Shown here one piece after another: positions 11,190 to 21,300 of a stretch of DNA of 64,000 bases. A model generated the notes under the pieces. The model was not told where the DNA came from. It worked only from the letters and a program-made list of their open reading frames with translations, and made no database searches. The stretch is from Oligoflexia bacterium (lineage in GTDB: Bacteria > Bdellovibrionota > UBA1018 > CAIMNF01), in NCBI GenBank assembly GCA_903831745.1, contig CAIKYX010000130.1, positions 5,653 through 69,652 on the forward strand, read 5' to 3'. Each line of letters starts with the position of its first letter. The stretch's first letter is position 1. A program made the position numbers and the translations under genes.

Positions 11190-12213
11190 GTTCTATTTCC
11201 TCTAATACCCGGCTCGCCGTAATTCCGACCAAGCACTGATTTTTTCTTTCATCTACAAACTGACACACATTTCTTTCACAAGGCCAACACTCGACCGGAT
11301 TGATCGTGACTTGCACTTTTCCTGGGCCAATGGGCTTGGTTCGTTTCGGATCTGCCGCTCCGCAAATGATCTGCACGTTGCTGCCACAAAGAGCAGCTAC
11401 ATGCGCCAGCCCCGATTCATTACAAACAGTAAACTGGGCCTGCCTGAAGAGTTTCCAGTGAGCTGCCACCCAACCCTTGCCTGTATAATCATCAACCCGC
11501 AATCCCCGTTCGAGAAACTTTTTGGCAATCTCGCGCTCGGCATTTCCGCCGATGACGATAGCTCGAAAATCCGTCCGTTCTTGAATCTTTTCGATGAGTT
11601 CAGAAAACTGCTCGACCGACCAACGTCTAGAGTCAGCTGTGGCGCCGGGGGCCAATAAAAAATAATTATCGCGAGGTGGCTCAATCGGAATCATGTCTGG
11701 CCAAAACGTGATGGGATCAAACGAGGTTTCTCCCGAATGGTTCCAGTAATCGACTGCCGGAAACCGCGTTCCCCCTTCGGGCTCGAGCAAATTCAGATAA
11801 GCCTGCGCACGATGAACGCCCGATCCCGGTACCCACGGCATTTTCTGCGTGAGCAACATGCCTCGAGCATCGGTGTGATATCCCCGACGCTCCTTTGCTC
11901 CTGCCCAGTAGAGTAGAAGCGCCGAGCTAAATGAATTCGGAAGAGAAATACCCAGATCCCATGGGCCACTTTGCTTCACTCTCTTTGAAAAATCACGGAT
12001 GGTCTGAAATGAACGATAGACAGAATCACCCTTTTTTTTGGGCAAAACAAATACCTCGTCAATCAAGCCCTTGAATTGAATATCGCGTACCCATTCGGTG
12101 CAAACCGATCCGATCCAGGCCTGGGGATAAGCCCGCCTAAGAAAGCGGTAGAAGGGATATGCCAAAACCTGATCTCCGATCCAGTTTGGGCTGCGAAGTA
12201 AAATACGTTTCAT
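11167..12213 (-). CDS. ADP-heptose:LPS heptosyltransferase (GT9, WaaF/WaaC family)
   Basis: 348 aa. MKRILLRSPNWIGDQVLAYPFYRFLRRAYP, ISLPNSFSSALL and NESGLAHVAALCG follow the GT9 heptosyltransferase pattern (compare E. coli WaaF YVLPNSF, NDSGLMHVAAAL). Confidence 0.82.
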   Translation of the reverse strand: MKRILLRSPNWIGDQVLAYPFYRFLRRAYPQAWIGSVCTEWVRDIQFKGLIDEVFVLPKKKGDSVYRSFQTIRDFSKRVKQSGPWDLGISLPNSFSSALLLYWAGAKERRGYHTDARGMLLTQKMPWVPGSGVHRAQAYLNLLEPEGGTRFPAVDYWNHSGETSFDPITFWPDMIPIEPPRDNYFLLAPGATADSRRWSVEQFSELIEKIQERTDFRAIVIGGNAEREIAKKFLERGLRVDDYTGKGWVAAHWKLFRQAQFTVCNESGLAHVAALCGSNVQIICGAADPKRTKPIGPGKVQVTINPVECWPCERNVCQFVDERKNQCLVGITASRVLEEIERGFFSRT

Positions 12214-13187
12214 AAAATCTTATCAAGAGCGACAGCGAAGGAACCCACTTTGAGTTTGGCTTCGATCCGCAATACGTAGCGATGGACATCTGCCGACAGC
12301 CACACCTTGTTGTCCTTGTTCTTGAGCTCGCCATTTTGGTAATTCTCGAGCTGATAGGCATCCGCTTCGAAATCACGTCCGCCGGCATAGATTTTCTCGC
12401 GTCCCAGATACCGAACCACCGATTCCCAGGGCTTGCCATCGAGAACCAACGGAAACCGAGTTTCCTTTCCTACTTCTTTCGGTAAGGCCAATACGCGGAA
12501 ATAATAAAGTGAAGAAAGCGGGTCTTGCGACCAAAGCGCTATGTCGTATTGTTCTTTTTGTTCCTTGAATCCCTTTTCGACATGGTCGACGCGGTTCCAA
12601 TAGAAGCTCTTTTTATTGTCGTAATCATAGAGCTCGATGACCTTGCGGGTCTGCTTGCTTTCATCGAGGTCCATGGTGAACTTGTGTGAGTACAAACCTT
12701 CCGCATCCCAGAAACTATCGATCTGATCATTCACGCGGTAGACCAGCTCGAATAGTTTAACCGTTTTTGCAGCACCATGCAGATGATAGACTTTGCGATC
12801 ATCGACGGTCTTCATCGGCAACACTTCGGTATTAAAATATCCGGCTGTGACTCCGATAAAACGAATTCCGTAAGCGAGTTTTTCACCCACTTCAAATGGC
12901 ATGGGGTCGATCGTGCGAACCGGCGGAACGAGAACCTGTTTGGTCACTTTAGGCTCCTTCTTGGGTGCCTTCTTCTTTTTTGAGCGAGTAGGTTGAGTTA
13001 CCACCACCGACTCGGGAGTCGGCGTAGGAGTAGCATCCTTGACTTCAAATCGCTTGGCAATATCAGCAGGGATCTCTTTTTGAAGATCTTCGTCTTTGAA
13101 TTTTCTGAGGTTGCTTGACGAGGAGCAGCCTTGAATAATCAAGATGAGGCTGAAAGATACGGTAGAGACTACGACGCTCGGTTTCAT
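12210..13187 (-). CDS. Lipoprotein of unknown function (possibly DUF3108-like), Lys/Pro-rich linker
   Basis: MKPSVVVSTVSFSLILIIQGCSSSS is a lipobox. Low-complexity TPTPTPESVVVTQPTRSKKKKAPKKEPK linker, then a beta-rich domain. Translationally coupled to the lpxB-lpxK gene. Confidence 0.5.
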   Translation of the reverse strand: MKPSVVVSTVSFSLILIIQGCSSSSNLRKFKDEDLQKEIPADIAKRFEVKDATPTPTPESVVVTQPTRSKKKKAPKKEPKVTKQVLVPPVRTIDPMPFEVGEKLAYGIRFIGVTAGYFNTEVLPMKTVDDRKVYHLHGAAKTVKLFELVYRVNDQIDSFWDAEGLYSHKFTMDLDESKQTRKVIELYDYDNKKSFYWNRVDHVEKGFKEQKEQYDIALWSQDPLSSLYYFRVLALPKEVGKETRFPLVLDGKPWESVVRYLGREKIYAGGRDFEADAYQLENYQNGELKNKDNKVWLSADVHRYVLRIEAKLKVGSFAVALDKIL

Positions 13188-13189
13188 TC

Positions 13190-15277
13190 TTAAATCATTC
13201 TAACGAACGACGCGTTGCTTTGCAAACGCTCAAATACTTGATTTAGCCAATCTTTTGAGTCTATTTCACGCCTCAAAACAAAGAAATCCTGCTCTGAAAA
13301 ACCCTGTTCTACCAGTTTCACAAAGTCTTTTTCAGTGACACTGAGGATCGAACCATCCTGCCTGGCCTGCCCGATCAGATCCCTGACTTCTGATGCTTCA
13401 AATAGAGAGTGATCTGGCTTGGCAATCACCCTTCTGACGCGGACTCCGGCTTGTTGGTAAAAAAAGGCCACTCGCGAAGGATTTGCTACTGCACAAAGAA
13501 TCCAAATTGGTTTTTCAGGGACCGCGTTGATTTTAAATTGAAGTGAATCCGTGTTCAGCACTTGCTCTGCAAATCTTTGCTGCCCAAAAAAATCGCGATA
13601 AACTACCTCACTTCGAGCCCGACCGGTCATGAGCAGCAAAGTGTGCAAGGACTTAAAACTGAGGTTCTGAAAACCATCATCAAACAGAATCAGATCGACC
13701 TCGGGCAACAATTCAAGGGTGCGTACCCGGTTCGCTCCGATTCCGAGATAAACCACTGGTACGGCCTTTCTAATTTCGGCAGGCTCATCACCCACCTCAC
13801 TGGCAAGCGCCGGCTTCGAAGGCTCGATGACGCGTGACACACTATTTTTTGAGCCATAACCTCGACTCACCACTGCGACCCGCATTTTGCGTCTCACCGC
13901 TTCCTTGGCCAGCGCAATCACGACTGGAGTCTTACCCGAACCGCCTGCCTGAAGATTACCCACTAGCACAGAAGGTGTTTTTACCTGAACGGTAGACAGA
14001 ATTCCGAGGCGATGAAGCGTGCGCCTGACCCAGTTCACCGACGACCACACCTGCGACGCAAGATAGATCAAGAAAGTCTGGTGAATACGCTCGATTTGAT
14101 AAGGTTTCTGCTCCTGCCAATTGAATAACTTTTCAGCCACTCGCACACCCAGATCAACATGTGGAACCAATGATTGCTTTAAACCATCCGCCCGGACCCG
14201 CACTTGCTTCTGCAATTCCTGATCCTGGTAGAACCGTAAAAGTGCATCTGAAAGTGACGCTGGCGTTGCTTCAGGCCCCAAAAACTCGGGAAACACACTC
14301 TTCGCCCGATCGCGAATACCCATCAGAATGTTTGGTAAACCGATAGGCCCCGCATAACGAATTCCGAATTGAAAAATCCATTCGGTAATCTGATTTACTT
14401 TGTAAAAGATGACCGGCACACAACCCAGAACAGCCGCTTCGAGTGTCGAGGTACCCGATTTAATGAGCCCGAGCGGAGCACTTCGTAAGCACGAAACAGA
14501 ACCGTCGACCACGAATTGGTAATGAACTCTCGACGTATCTTTTAAGAATTGGCGAACTTTTCCATCGTCGAGCGAACCTGGAATCGGCACGAGTGCTTGA
14601 ATCCGCTTTGAAATCTTTTGGGAAAAAAGCTCGAGGGTCTCGGGAATGACCGGCAAATGGTACTTAAGCTCTCCGTCACGACTTCCGGGCATGACCGCAA
14701 CAGCAAGTTCATCCGACTTCGTTGGAATGACCTTCACTTCGGCCGCCAGCAAATCCTGAATGAGCGGGTTTCCTTCATAAATGACCGGAATGCCGCGAGC
14801 TTCATAGAAGTCTTTTTCAAAAGGCAGAATGACCCACACCCCGTTGTAAAGCTGTCTGATCTTCTCGACCCGCTTTGATCTCCAGACCCAAACTTTCGGA
14901 GGAATGCCACAAACCTTGAGCGCTCGAGCAGAAAAGGGCTGAATACTCTTCATCAACTTGAAATGAAAATCCGGATAGTCAAAAGTGATGATGAGATCAG
15001 GGTCGTAATCCTGAATGAACCGCTTCGCCCGATGCAGGACATTACGAATATGAAAGAGCTTGCCAAGAACCTCTACGAAGCCCATCGCGCGCAACGATTC
15101 GGCCTTTTCGATACACTGAAAGCCCGGCAATGAGCGGAGCTTTTCGCCCCCGATTCCTGCAATTTGAATCTTCTTTCCGGATTTTTCGAGACGCTGGGAT
15201 AACGCTGAGAGGATAATCGTAGCGTGGATATCGGATGAGACTTCCGCCGCAGAGACGAATACCCTCATTTCAGGCAA
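13190..15277 (-). CDS. lpxBK: Bifunctional lipid-A-disaccharide synthase / tetraacyldisaccharide 4'-kinase (LpxB-LpxK fusion)
   Basis: 695 aa. Residues 1-380 match LpxB (VFVSAAEVSSDIHATIILSAL...GFVEVLGKLFHIRN...DYPDFHFKL). The C-terminal ~320 aa match LpxK with the P-loop VLVGNLQAGGSGKTPVV (compare LpxK GNITVGGTGKTP). An alternative start MRVF at 15268 would give a 4-nt overlap with lpxA. Confidence 0.85.
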   Translation of the reverse strand: MPEMRVFVSAAEVSSDIHATIILSALSQRLEKSGKKIQIAGIGGEKLRSLPGFQCIEKAESLRAMGFVEVLGKLFHIRNVLHRAKRFIQDYDPDLIITFDYPDFHFKLMKSIQPFSARALKVCGIPPKVWVWRSKRVEKIRQLYNGVWVILPFEKDFYEARGIPVIYEGNPLIQDLLAAEVKVIPTKSDELAVAVMPGSRDGELKYHLPVIPETLELFSQKISKRIQALVPIPGSLDDGKVRQFLKDTSRVHYQFVVDGSVSCLRSAPLGLIKSGTSTLEAAVLGCVPVIFYKVNQITEWIFQFGIRYAGPIGLPNILMGIRDRAKSVFPEFLGPEATPASLSDALLRFYQDQELQKQVRVRADGLKQSLVPHVDLGVRVAEKLFNWQEQKPYQIERIHQTFLIYLASQVWSSVNWVRRTLHRLGILSTVQVKTPSVLVGNLQAGGSGKTPVVIALAKEAVRRKMRVAVVSRGYGSKNSVSRVIEPSKPALASEVGDEPAEIRKAVPVVYLGIGANRVRTLELLPEVDLILFDDGFQNLSFKSLHTLLLMTGRARSEVVYRDFFGQQRFAEQVLNTDSLQFKINAVPEKPIWILCAVANPSRVAFFYQQAGVRVRRVIAKPDHSLFEASEVRDLIGQARQDGSILSVTEKDFVKLVEQGFSEQDFFVLRREIDSKDWLNQVFERLQSNASFVRMI

Positions 15278-16044
15278 CCACTCTCGCTTTTTCTCATAAA
15301 GTCTACCAATTGCTTCACTTCCGGAATTTCGCCATATTGCGTTTCGATTTCAAGCAGGCATTGTTCTTTGGTGACATCGGTTCGTTTCCAAAGTTTCAAT
15401 GACTCATTGATCGCCGTAATGGTCTCGGCCTTATAACCTTTTCTGCGTAATCCGATGATATTCGCGCCCTTGATTTCGCACGGACGTTGGCCCACCACGA
15501 TCGCAAAAGGAGGAACATCACGTACCACTGCCGACATACCGCCGACATAACTATGAGTACCTACTCTTAAGAACTGGGACACTCCGACCATGCCGCCGAT
15601 ATTGGCATAATCCTCGATGGTCACATGTCCGGCCATCCCTGAAGAGTTTGCAAAAATACAGTGACTGCCCACAATGCAATCATGTCCAAAATGCACATAA
15701 GCCATCAGAAGATTGTGACTACCGAGCACCGTCTTTCCGCCACCCTGAACCGTTCCGAGATTCAGTGTCACTGATTCGCGGATCGTATTGTGATCACCGA
15801 TAATGAGTTCGGTTTTCTCGCCTTTGTATTTCAAATCCTGCGGAATTGCGCCGATGACCGAAAACGGAAAGAACACGTTGTCGGTTCCGATCGTCGTCCA
15901 GCCATCTACAACCACATGACTGATCAGCTTCGTGCCTTTTCCTATTCGAACATTCGCACCCACCGTACAAAACGGCCCGATCTCGACGTCGTGATCGATC
16001 TGCGCTTCTGCATGTACCAAGGCTGTCGGATGAATTTTAGTCAT
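15265..16044 (-). CDS. lpxA: Acyl-ACP--UDP-N-acetylglucosamine O-acyltransferase
   Basis: 259 aa. MTKIHPTALVHAEAQIDHDVEIGPFCTVGANVRIGKG hexapeptide-repeat left-handed beta-helix, with a C-terminal helical domain. Confidence 0.92.
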   Translation of the reverse strand: MTKIHPTALVHAEAQIDHDVEIGPFCTVGANVRIGKGTKLISHVVVDGWTTIGTDNVFFPFSVIGAIPQDLKYKGEKTELIIGDHNTIRESVTLNLGTVQGGGKTVLGSHNLLMAYVHFGHDCIVGSHCIFANSSGMAGHVTIEDYANIGGMVGVSQFLRVGTHSYVGGMSAVVRDVPPFAIVVGQRPCEIKGANIIGLRRKGYKAETITAINESLKLWKRTDVTKEQCLLEIETQYGEIPEVKQLVDFMRKSESGCLK

Positions 16045-16053
16045 AAATACCTC

Positions 16054-16593
16054 TTAAAAGACCTGTCGTTTAGAATTTGGAATCAGGTTCGCAAGCAGAG
16101 TGGCTTCGGCAACCAACTTACCCTCAACAAATGCCTTACACCCGAACTTCCACAAAGAAGTGCGGCACATCAGCACGGTAGTTTCGATCTTTAAGACATC
16201 GCCGGGAGTGACCGGCGCACGAAATCTCGTGTCTTCAAGCCCCACCAGCACGGTTTGATAAGACTCACCTTGCTGTTGAATCTTTTTGATCGCGTTCGGG
16301 TACATCGAAAAACTTGCCACTTGGGCCATCGTTTCGATGATCATCACGCCTGGCATGATCGGCACACTCGGAAAGTGCCCTTGAAAAAACGGCTCATTGA
16401 TGGCCACGTTTTTTTGCCCGATCACTTTCAAACCCACCTTACGCTTCATGTCTTCATCATCGACTGGATGGTCACTGGTGATTTCTAGAATTCGATCCAC
16501 CATCAAAAACGGAAAACGGTGAGGAAGAAACTCTTGAATCTGTTTCTGATCCAGATGAAACGGGTTTTTTTCAGTAGTATTTTCAGAGGCCAT
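16054..16593 (-). CDS. fabZ: 3-hydroxyacyl-ACP dehydratase
   Basis: 179 aa. LPHRFPFLMVDRILE...PFFQGHFPSVPIMPGVMIIETMAQV hot-dog fold signature. Confidence 0.92.
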   Translation of the reverse strand: MASENTTEKNPFHLDQKQIQEFLPHRFPFLMVDRILEITSDHPVDDEDMKRKVGLKVIGQKNVAINEPFFQGHFPSVPIMPGVMIIETMAQVASFSMYPNAIKKIQQQGESYQTVLVGLEDTRFRAPVTPGDVLKIETTVLMCRTSLWKFGCKAFVEGKLVAEATLLANLIPNSKRQVF

Positions 16594-16595
16594 AA

Positions 16596-17672
16596 TTATT
16601 TCCTTCCACGATCTTTTAATAGTCTTTGCTGAATTGCTAGTATTCGATAGTGATCTTTCAGCGGTCTAGCGGGAACTCCCGCCATTTCAGCTCCCGATTC
16701 AACGTCTTTTGCGGCGCCGGTGTATCCGCCCAATTTTGCATAGTCTCCGACGTGAACTTGGTTGGCTGTTCCGGACTGACCCCCTATGACCACAAATCTT
16801 CCAAGTGAAGAACTTCCGGCCATACCGGCACAACCACAAAGTACCGAGCCTTCGCCGACTTCGCAGTTATGACCAATCTGAACCAAATTATCTATTTTAA
16901 CCTGTTTGTGAATCCGAGTGCTTCCCAAGGTTCCTCGGTCGATCGTCGAATTGGCACCGATTTCGACTTCGTCTTCAATGATGACATTGCCAACATGATA
17001 AATCTTCTGATGTCGGATTGGCAGTTTGCTGGCCGGGTCTATGACCGGTGCATATCCAAAACCATCGCCGCCAATCACAGCTCCCGCATGAATTCTACAG
17101 TTCTTACCGATCACCGTTTTTTCATAAAGGGTGACTCTCGGAAATAAAACCGTATTTTGCCCGATAGTCGAATTGGGCCCGATGTAGCAATGCGGATAAA
17201 GGACCACGCCTGATTCGATCTCGACGCCCGTCTCGATGACCACTCCCGCGCCGATCTTCACACCCTTGCCGATCTTGGCGGAATCATCAATGACTGCCGA
17301 AGGATGAATTTCGCTTTCAACTGACGGAACCTGATGATCATGATCAGACAGGTGCTTCGAAAACTCGCCCGACAGAACCGCCATGGCTAAATAAGGATCG
17401 TCACATGCGAGAAAAACCGACGACTTCCACTGGGGAATTCCCGCCGCCTCGAGCGGTGCCACGAAGGCTTTTCCGGTGACGATTACACCAGCCTTAGACC
17501 TTAAAAGTTCGTTTTGATAATTTTTAGAAAAAAAGAAGGCAACGTCGCCAGCCCCAGCTTCTTGCAAGGTAGCGAGTCCGGTAAGCTTTAATTGCGACAA
17601 AAGCGCACCGACCAAGTTTTCATTGGCCACGTGCGCTTTGATCAAATTCTTTAATTCGTTGACGTTAAACAT
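16596..17672 (-). CDS. lpxD: UDP-3-O-acylglucosamine N-acyltransferase
   Basis: 358 aa. N-terminal UDP-binding domain plus extended hexapeptide repeats ([24 protein letters not shown]...). Position between fabZ and skp. Confidence 0.92.
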   Translation of the reverse strand: MFNVNELKNLIKAHVANENLVGALLSQLKLTGLATLQEAGAGDVAFFFSKNYQNELLRSKAGVIVTGKAFVAPLEAAGIPQWKSSVFLACDDPYLAMAVLSGEFSKHLSDHDHQVPSVESEIHPSAVIDDSAKIGKGVKIGAGVVIETGVEIESGVVLYPHCYIGPNSTIGQNTVLFPRVTLYEKTVIGKNCRIHAGAVIGGDGFGYAPVIDPASKLPIRHQKIYHVGNVIIEDEVEIGANSTIDRGTLGSTRIHKQVKIDNLVQIGHNCEVGEGSVLCGCAGMAGSSSLGRFVVIGGQSGTANQVHVGDYAKLGGYTGAAKDVESGAEMAGVPARPLKDHYRILAIQQRLLKDRGRK

Positions 17673-17687
17673 CGTTTTCGAATTCGA

Positions 17688-18230
17688 TTAATCGAGTCCT
17701 TTCATGACTTCCTCGGTAATATCGTCCTTCTCTTGCGAGTAGATGACGATATTCTCGTTTTTCTCGAGAACCAGGTTCAAATTCTTCTTTTTCGCAATTT
17801 CAGACACTTTTTCGCGAATCTTGACGATGATCGGCTGACTCATCTCTTGTTCTTTTTTCTGAATCTCAGCTTGAGACTTCTGAAGCGTATCTTGATACTT
17901 CATGAATTTTTCTTGAAGCTTGGCTTGTTGGTCTTTCTTGGCAGACTCGCTGAGAGCCGCTTGCTTTTTCTGGAACGCTTCCTGATCTTTTTTCAGGGTC
18001 GCTTCCTGATCCTGGAGTTCCTTTTTCTTCTTATTGAAAGCCTGTTCGAGTTCGCCTTTGGCTTTTTTGCCGGCAGGAGAAGTCTGGATGGCTTTTTGCA
18101 TGTCGATGATACCAATTTTCATGTCATCCGCACGGGCGAAACCCGCATTCAAAACAAGTGCACTCACGACAAACGCGATAGTTGCTAAACGATTCATTAC
18201 TTTCAGTTTCCTTTCTGTTTCTACCGACAC
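17688..18230 (-). CDS. skp: Periplasmic chaperone Skp/OmpH
   Basis: 180 aa. Signal peptide, then Lys/Glu/Gln-rich coiled-coil (KKKKELQDQEATLKKDQEAFQKKQAALSE). Canonical position between lpxD and bamA. Confidence 0.85.
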   Translation of the reverse strand: MSVETERKLKVMNRLATIAFVVSALVLNAGFARADDMKIGIIDMQKAIQTSPAGKKAKGELEQAFNKKKKELQDQEATLKKDQEAFQKKQAALSESAKKDQQAKLQEKFMKYQDTLQKSQAEIQKKEQEMSQPIIVKIREKVSEIAKKKNLNLVLEKNENIVIYSQEKDDITEEVMKGLD

Positions 18231-18247
18231 CTTGTGTGCCGGCAGCT

Positions 18248-20629
18248 TTAAAACGGCTGTCCAATGAAGAAAATAAAGACCGGGCTTTCTTCAATTTGCT
18301 GAGTGGTTTTAACCACTCTTCTTCCAATCGGAAATCCCCATTCGAAGCGCAAAGGCCCGAGCGGAGAAAACCAGCGAATTCCAAATCCGTAATCTTGTCT
18401 GAGATCAAGGCTCGCACTCTTATCGATTCCGGGAATACCATAAAAAGTATTTCCGATATCGTAGAACATCACCCATTTGATTCCGGCTTCCTTGATCAAC
18501 GGATGTTCGATCTCGAAAAGTGAGAACATTTCTGAGGCGCCACCGACTTTTTCGACACTGCCGTCCGGACGCATCAGGATCGGAGCAAGCGAGAAAGCAT
18601 CGTAACCGCGCATATTCCAAGGACCACCGAGAAAGAAGGATTCAGAAGGAGGAATCCCTTTTCCACCTGTATCGATCATTCCACCTACTTCGGTGCTGTT
18701 CTTGAAGACAAAGTTGCCGATGAAATTGTCATAGAAACGATTGTTCAACGTAATCTTCGCAAAGTTCTTGGCCCCACCAATACCCGCGTATTCGAGCGAG
18801 GCGTTTTGATAGTTTCCGCCGGTGGTCTCGAAGCGGTTATTTCGTTTATCGCGAACTGCGCTGAATACAACACTCGAGAGATTTCCGACGTCGAGTGAAT
18901 CATTGACTGAGATTCCTTGAATCGGAGGAGTCGCACTGAGGTTCTGTGCCACTGCATAACTCTGAAGGACTCGAAGGTTTTCGAGTTTATAAGTGATGAA
19001 GCCCTGAATATCGTCAGTCAACGGATGACCGAACTTCAGATGAATTCCCGATCTACGAATCAGATAGCGATCCGGAATCGGTGCATTGCTCATGAACAAG
19101 TCAAATCCCGCGCTCCAATCGGTATCAAACGCATACGGATCCATGAATTCGAGACTGAAGCTGCGAACCAGATCTTGGCGACCCCACTGGGTTTCAAACG
19201 CAATGCTTTGTCCGGTTCCAAACAAGTTGATTTCTTGAACCTTACCTTGAAAAAAGAATCCTTGAACCGAGCTGTATCCCGCACCGAGGGTCACACTGCC
19301 GGTAGAACGCTCTTTTACCTGAATGTCGATATCGACTACGTCATCACGGCCCTTGCGTGGCACCTGATTGAACTGAACTTCACCGGGAGAGAAGAACCCC
19401 AGACGCTCGACCCGTTCTTTAGAGACGCGGAGTTTTGATCCACTGAACAACTCGCCTTCGTAAATACGAAGCTCGCGACGGATGACCTTATCGTAGGTCT
19501 TCGAGTTTCCGAGAATATGAATCTCGCCGAAATGGACGAGGTTGCCTTTTTCGAAACCGTAATCGACGGAAACAGTCTTGGCGTCCTCATTAAAATCCAT
19601 TTTCGGAACCACGTTCGCAAACGCATAGCCCAAATCCTGATACTTTTCAGTCAAACGCTGAATGTCGGCATTTCGCGTGGTGATACTGAAAGTATCTCCT
19701 TCGAGTAACTTGATTTCTTTTTTGAGGTCGTCCTTAGAGAAAAGCAGGTCGCCGCTGAAGTCGTAAGAGCCGATCTTGTACTGATCGCCTTCTTCGACAT
19801 AAACCGAGATATAAACATATTTTTTATCATCACTGATGGTGATGATCGGGTTTTCGAATTTGAATTTGAGATAACCGTTATCGAGATAGAAATACTGGAG
19901 GCGCTGAAGATCGATCTTAAACGATGCTTCCTTGAAAGTTCCTGAACTCGAGAGAATGCTTACCGAGTTACCTTCTTTGGTTTCCTGGAACACTGACTTG
20001 AGCTTCTCGTCTGCGAATTTTTTATTATTCAGGAATACGATCTGCTTGATCTCGACCTTGTCGTAATCTGCCACCTTGTACACGAGTTTGACTTCGCCAT
20101 CTTTGTCGGGGCGAACGTCATAAGAAACCTTGGCCAGGTAATAACCCTTTTCCTCGTAATGTTTCTGAATGAGGTCGACGTCCTGTTGGGCCTTATTGAC
20201 GTCGAGAATGTTCCACTTTTTGACTTTGACCACTTCTTCGAGATCGGTCGTGGTGATCTTGTCATTGCCTTCGAACATGACTTCGTTGATGACCGGACGC
20301 TCTTTGAACGTAAACGTAAGGGCAACACCTGCGGGAGCGGCATCTTTCGAGATGTCGATTTCATCGAAATAGCCCATTCCGTAAAGAGCCTCGATATCGG
20401 TACGCAAGGTATCGGCGTTATATTCGGCACCTGGCTTTGAACTAATTTTTTCGAGGATGGCATCACGCTCGATGCGCTTCAAACCGACGGTTTTGACCTC
20501 GGTCACCTTCTCATTTTCTGCGAAGGCGCTAGGCGTAAACGACAAGGGTGTAATCAGCCATGATGCAATAAATAACGTCAAAAGTTTCACTAGACTTACG
20601 GTCTTATCACAAGGAAATGATTTTTCCAT
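18248..20629 (-). CDS. bamA: Outer membrane protein assembly factor BamA
   Basis: 793 aa. N-terminal signal peptide, five POTRA-like repeats, and a C-terminal 16-strand beta-barrel ending ...FIFFIGQPF (aromatic C-terminus). Confidence 0.92.
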   Translation of the reverse strand: MEKSFPCDKTVSLVKLLTLFIASWLITPLSFTPSAFAENEKVTEVKTVGLKRIERDAILEKISSKPGAEYNADTLRTDIEALYGMGYFDEIDISKDAAPAGVALTFTFKERPVINEVMFEGNDKITTTDLEEVVKVKKWNILDVNKAQQDVDLIQKHYEEKGYYLAKVSYDVRPDKDGEVKLVYKVADYDKVEIKQIVFLNNKKFADEKLKSVFQETKEGNSVSILSSSGTFKEASFKIDLQRLQYFYLDNGYLKFKFENPIITISDDKKYVYISVYVEEGDQYKIGSYDFSGDLLFSKDDLKKEIKLLEGDTFSITTRNADIQRLTEKYQDLGYAFANVVPKMDFNEDAKTVSVDYGFEKGNLVHFGEIHILGNSKTYDKVIRRELRIYEGELFSGSKLRVSKERVERLGFFSPGEVQFNQVPRKGRDDVVDIDIQVKERSTGSVTLGAGYSSVQGFFFQGKVQEINLFGTGQSIAFETQWGRQDLVRSFSLEFMDPYAFDTDWSAGFDLFMSNAPIPDRYLIRRSGIHLKFGHPLTDDIQGFITYKLENLRVLQSYAVAQNLSATPPIQGISVNDSLDVGNLSSVVFSAVRDKRNNRFETTGGNYQNASLEYAGIGGAKNFAKITLNNRFYDNFIGNFVFKNSTEVGGMIDTGGKGIPPSESFFLGGPWNMRGYDAFSLAPILMRPDGSVEKVGGASEMFSLFEIEHPLIKEAGIKWVMFYDIGNTFYGIPGIDKSASLDLRQDYGFGIRWFSPLGPLRFEWGFPIGRRVVKTTQQIEESPVFIFFIGQPF

Positions 20630-21293
20630 CTTTCATCGTCAAAACTCTCTTCATTCGACGCGCAACGTCATTATCGTGAGTTACGAGGAGGATGGCAATT
20701 CCAAGCTTTTGGTTGAGATCCAAAAGTAGGTCGATCACACGGGCGGTATTTTCGGAGTCGAGGTTTCCGGTCATTTCGTCAGCCAGGATCAATTTCGGGG
20801 TCAGCATGATCGCTCTGGCAATAGCCACCCGTTGCTGCTCTCCACCCGAAAGCTCAGAAGGACGGTGCTCGGCGCGAGCACTCAAACCGACGTATTGAAG
20901 CAATTCCGTTGCACGAGTTTGTGCCTGATTGCGATCGAGCCCCGCAATCAAAGCCGGCATCATTACGTTTTCGAGCGAAGTGAATTCGGGCAAAAGGTAG
21001 TGAAATTGAAAAATGAAACCGAGATTCCTGTTTCTGAACTCAGAAAGATGCTCATCGGACATTTTCCAGAGGTTGGCTTTGTTTTCGCCGTAATAAATCT
21101 CTCCTGAAGAAGGAAAATCAAGTCCACCCAGCAAATGAAGCAGCGTGCTCTTGCCCGCGCCCGAAGCCCCCATGATGGCCACACAATCGCCCTTGTGAAT
21201 ATCGAGCGAAACACCCTTTACGACCCGAAGTCGCTCAGTGCCTTTGACGTATTCTTTATGCAGATTGCGCGCGCGCAGAATGGTTTCGTTCAT
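20607..21293 (-). CDS. lolD: Lipoprotein-releasing system ATP-binding protein
   Basis: 228 aa. Walker A GASGAGKST, ABC signature LSGGEQQRVAIARA, Walker B ILADEMTGNLD. Adjacent to the FtsX-like permease. Confidence 0.88.
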   Translation of the reverse strand: MNETILRARNLHKEYVKGTERLRVVKGVSLDIHKGDCVAIMGASGAGKSTLLHLLGGLDFPSSGEIYYGENKANLWKMSDEHLSEFRNRNLGFIFQFHYLLPEFTSLENVMMPALIAGLDRNQAQTRATELLQYVGLSARAEHRPSELSGGEQQRVAIARAIMLTPKLILADEMTGNLDSENTARVIDLLLDLNQKLGIAILLVTHDNDVARRMKRVLTMKDGKIISL

Positions 21294-21300
21294 CTCTAAA

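Noticed and set aside
17733-18188. 151-aa Leu/Phe-rich plus-strand ORF
   Set aside because: Antisense shadow of skp. Its composition is driven by the Lys/Glu-rich coiled-coil codons on the opposite strand.
18917-20440. Several 90-170-aa plus-strand ORFs inside bamA
   Set aside because: All are antisense to an intact 793-aa bamA frame with canonical POTRA/beta-barrel features. None has a start or RBS context.
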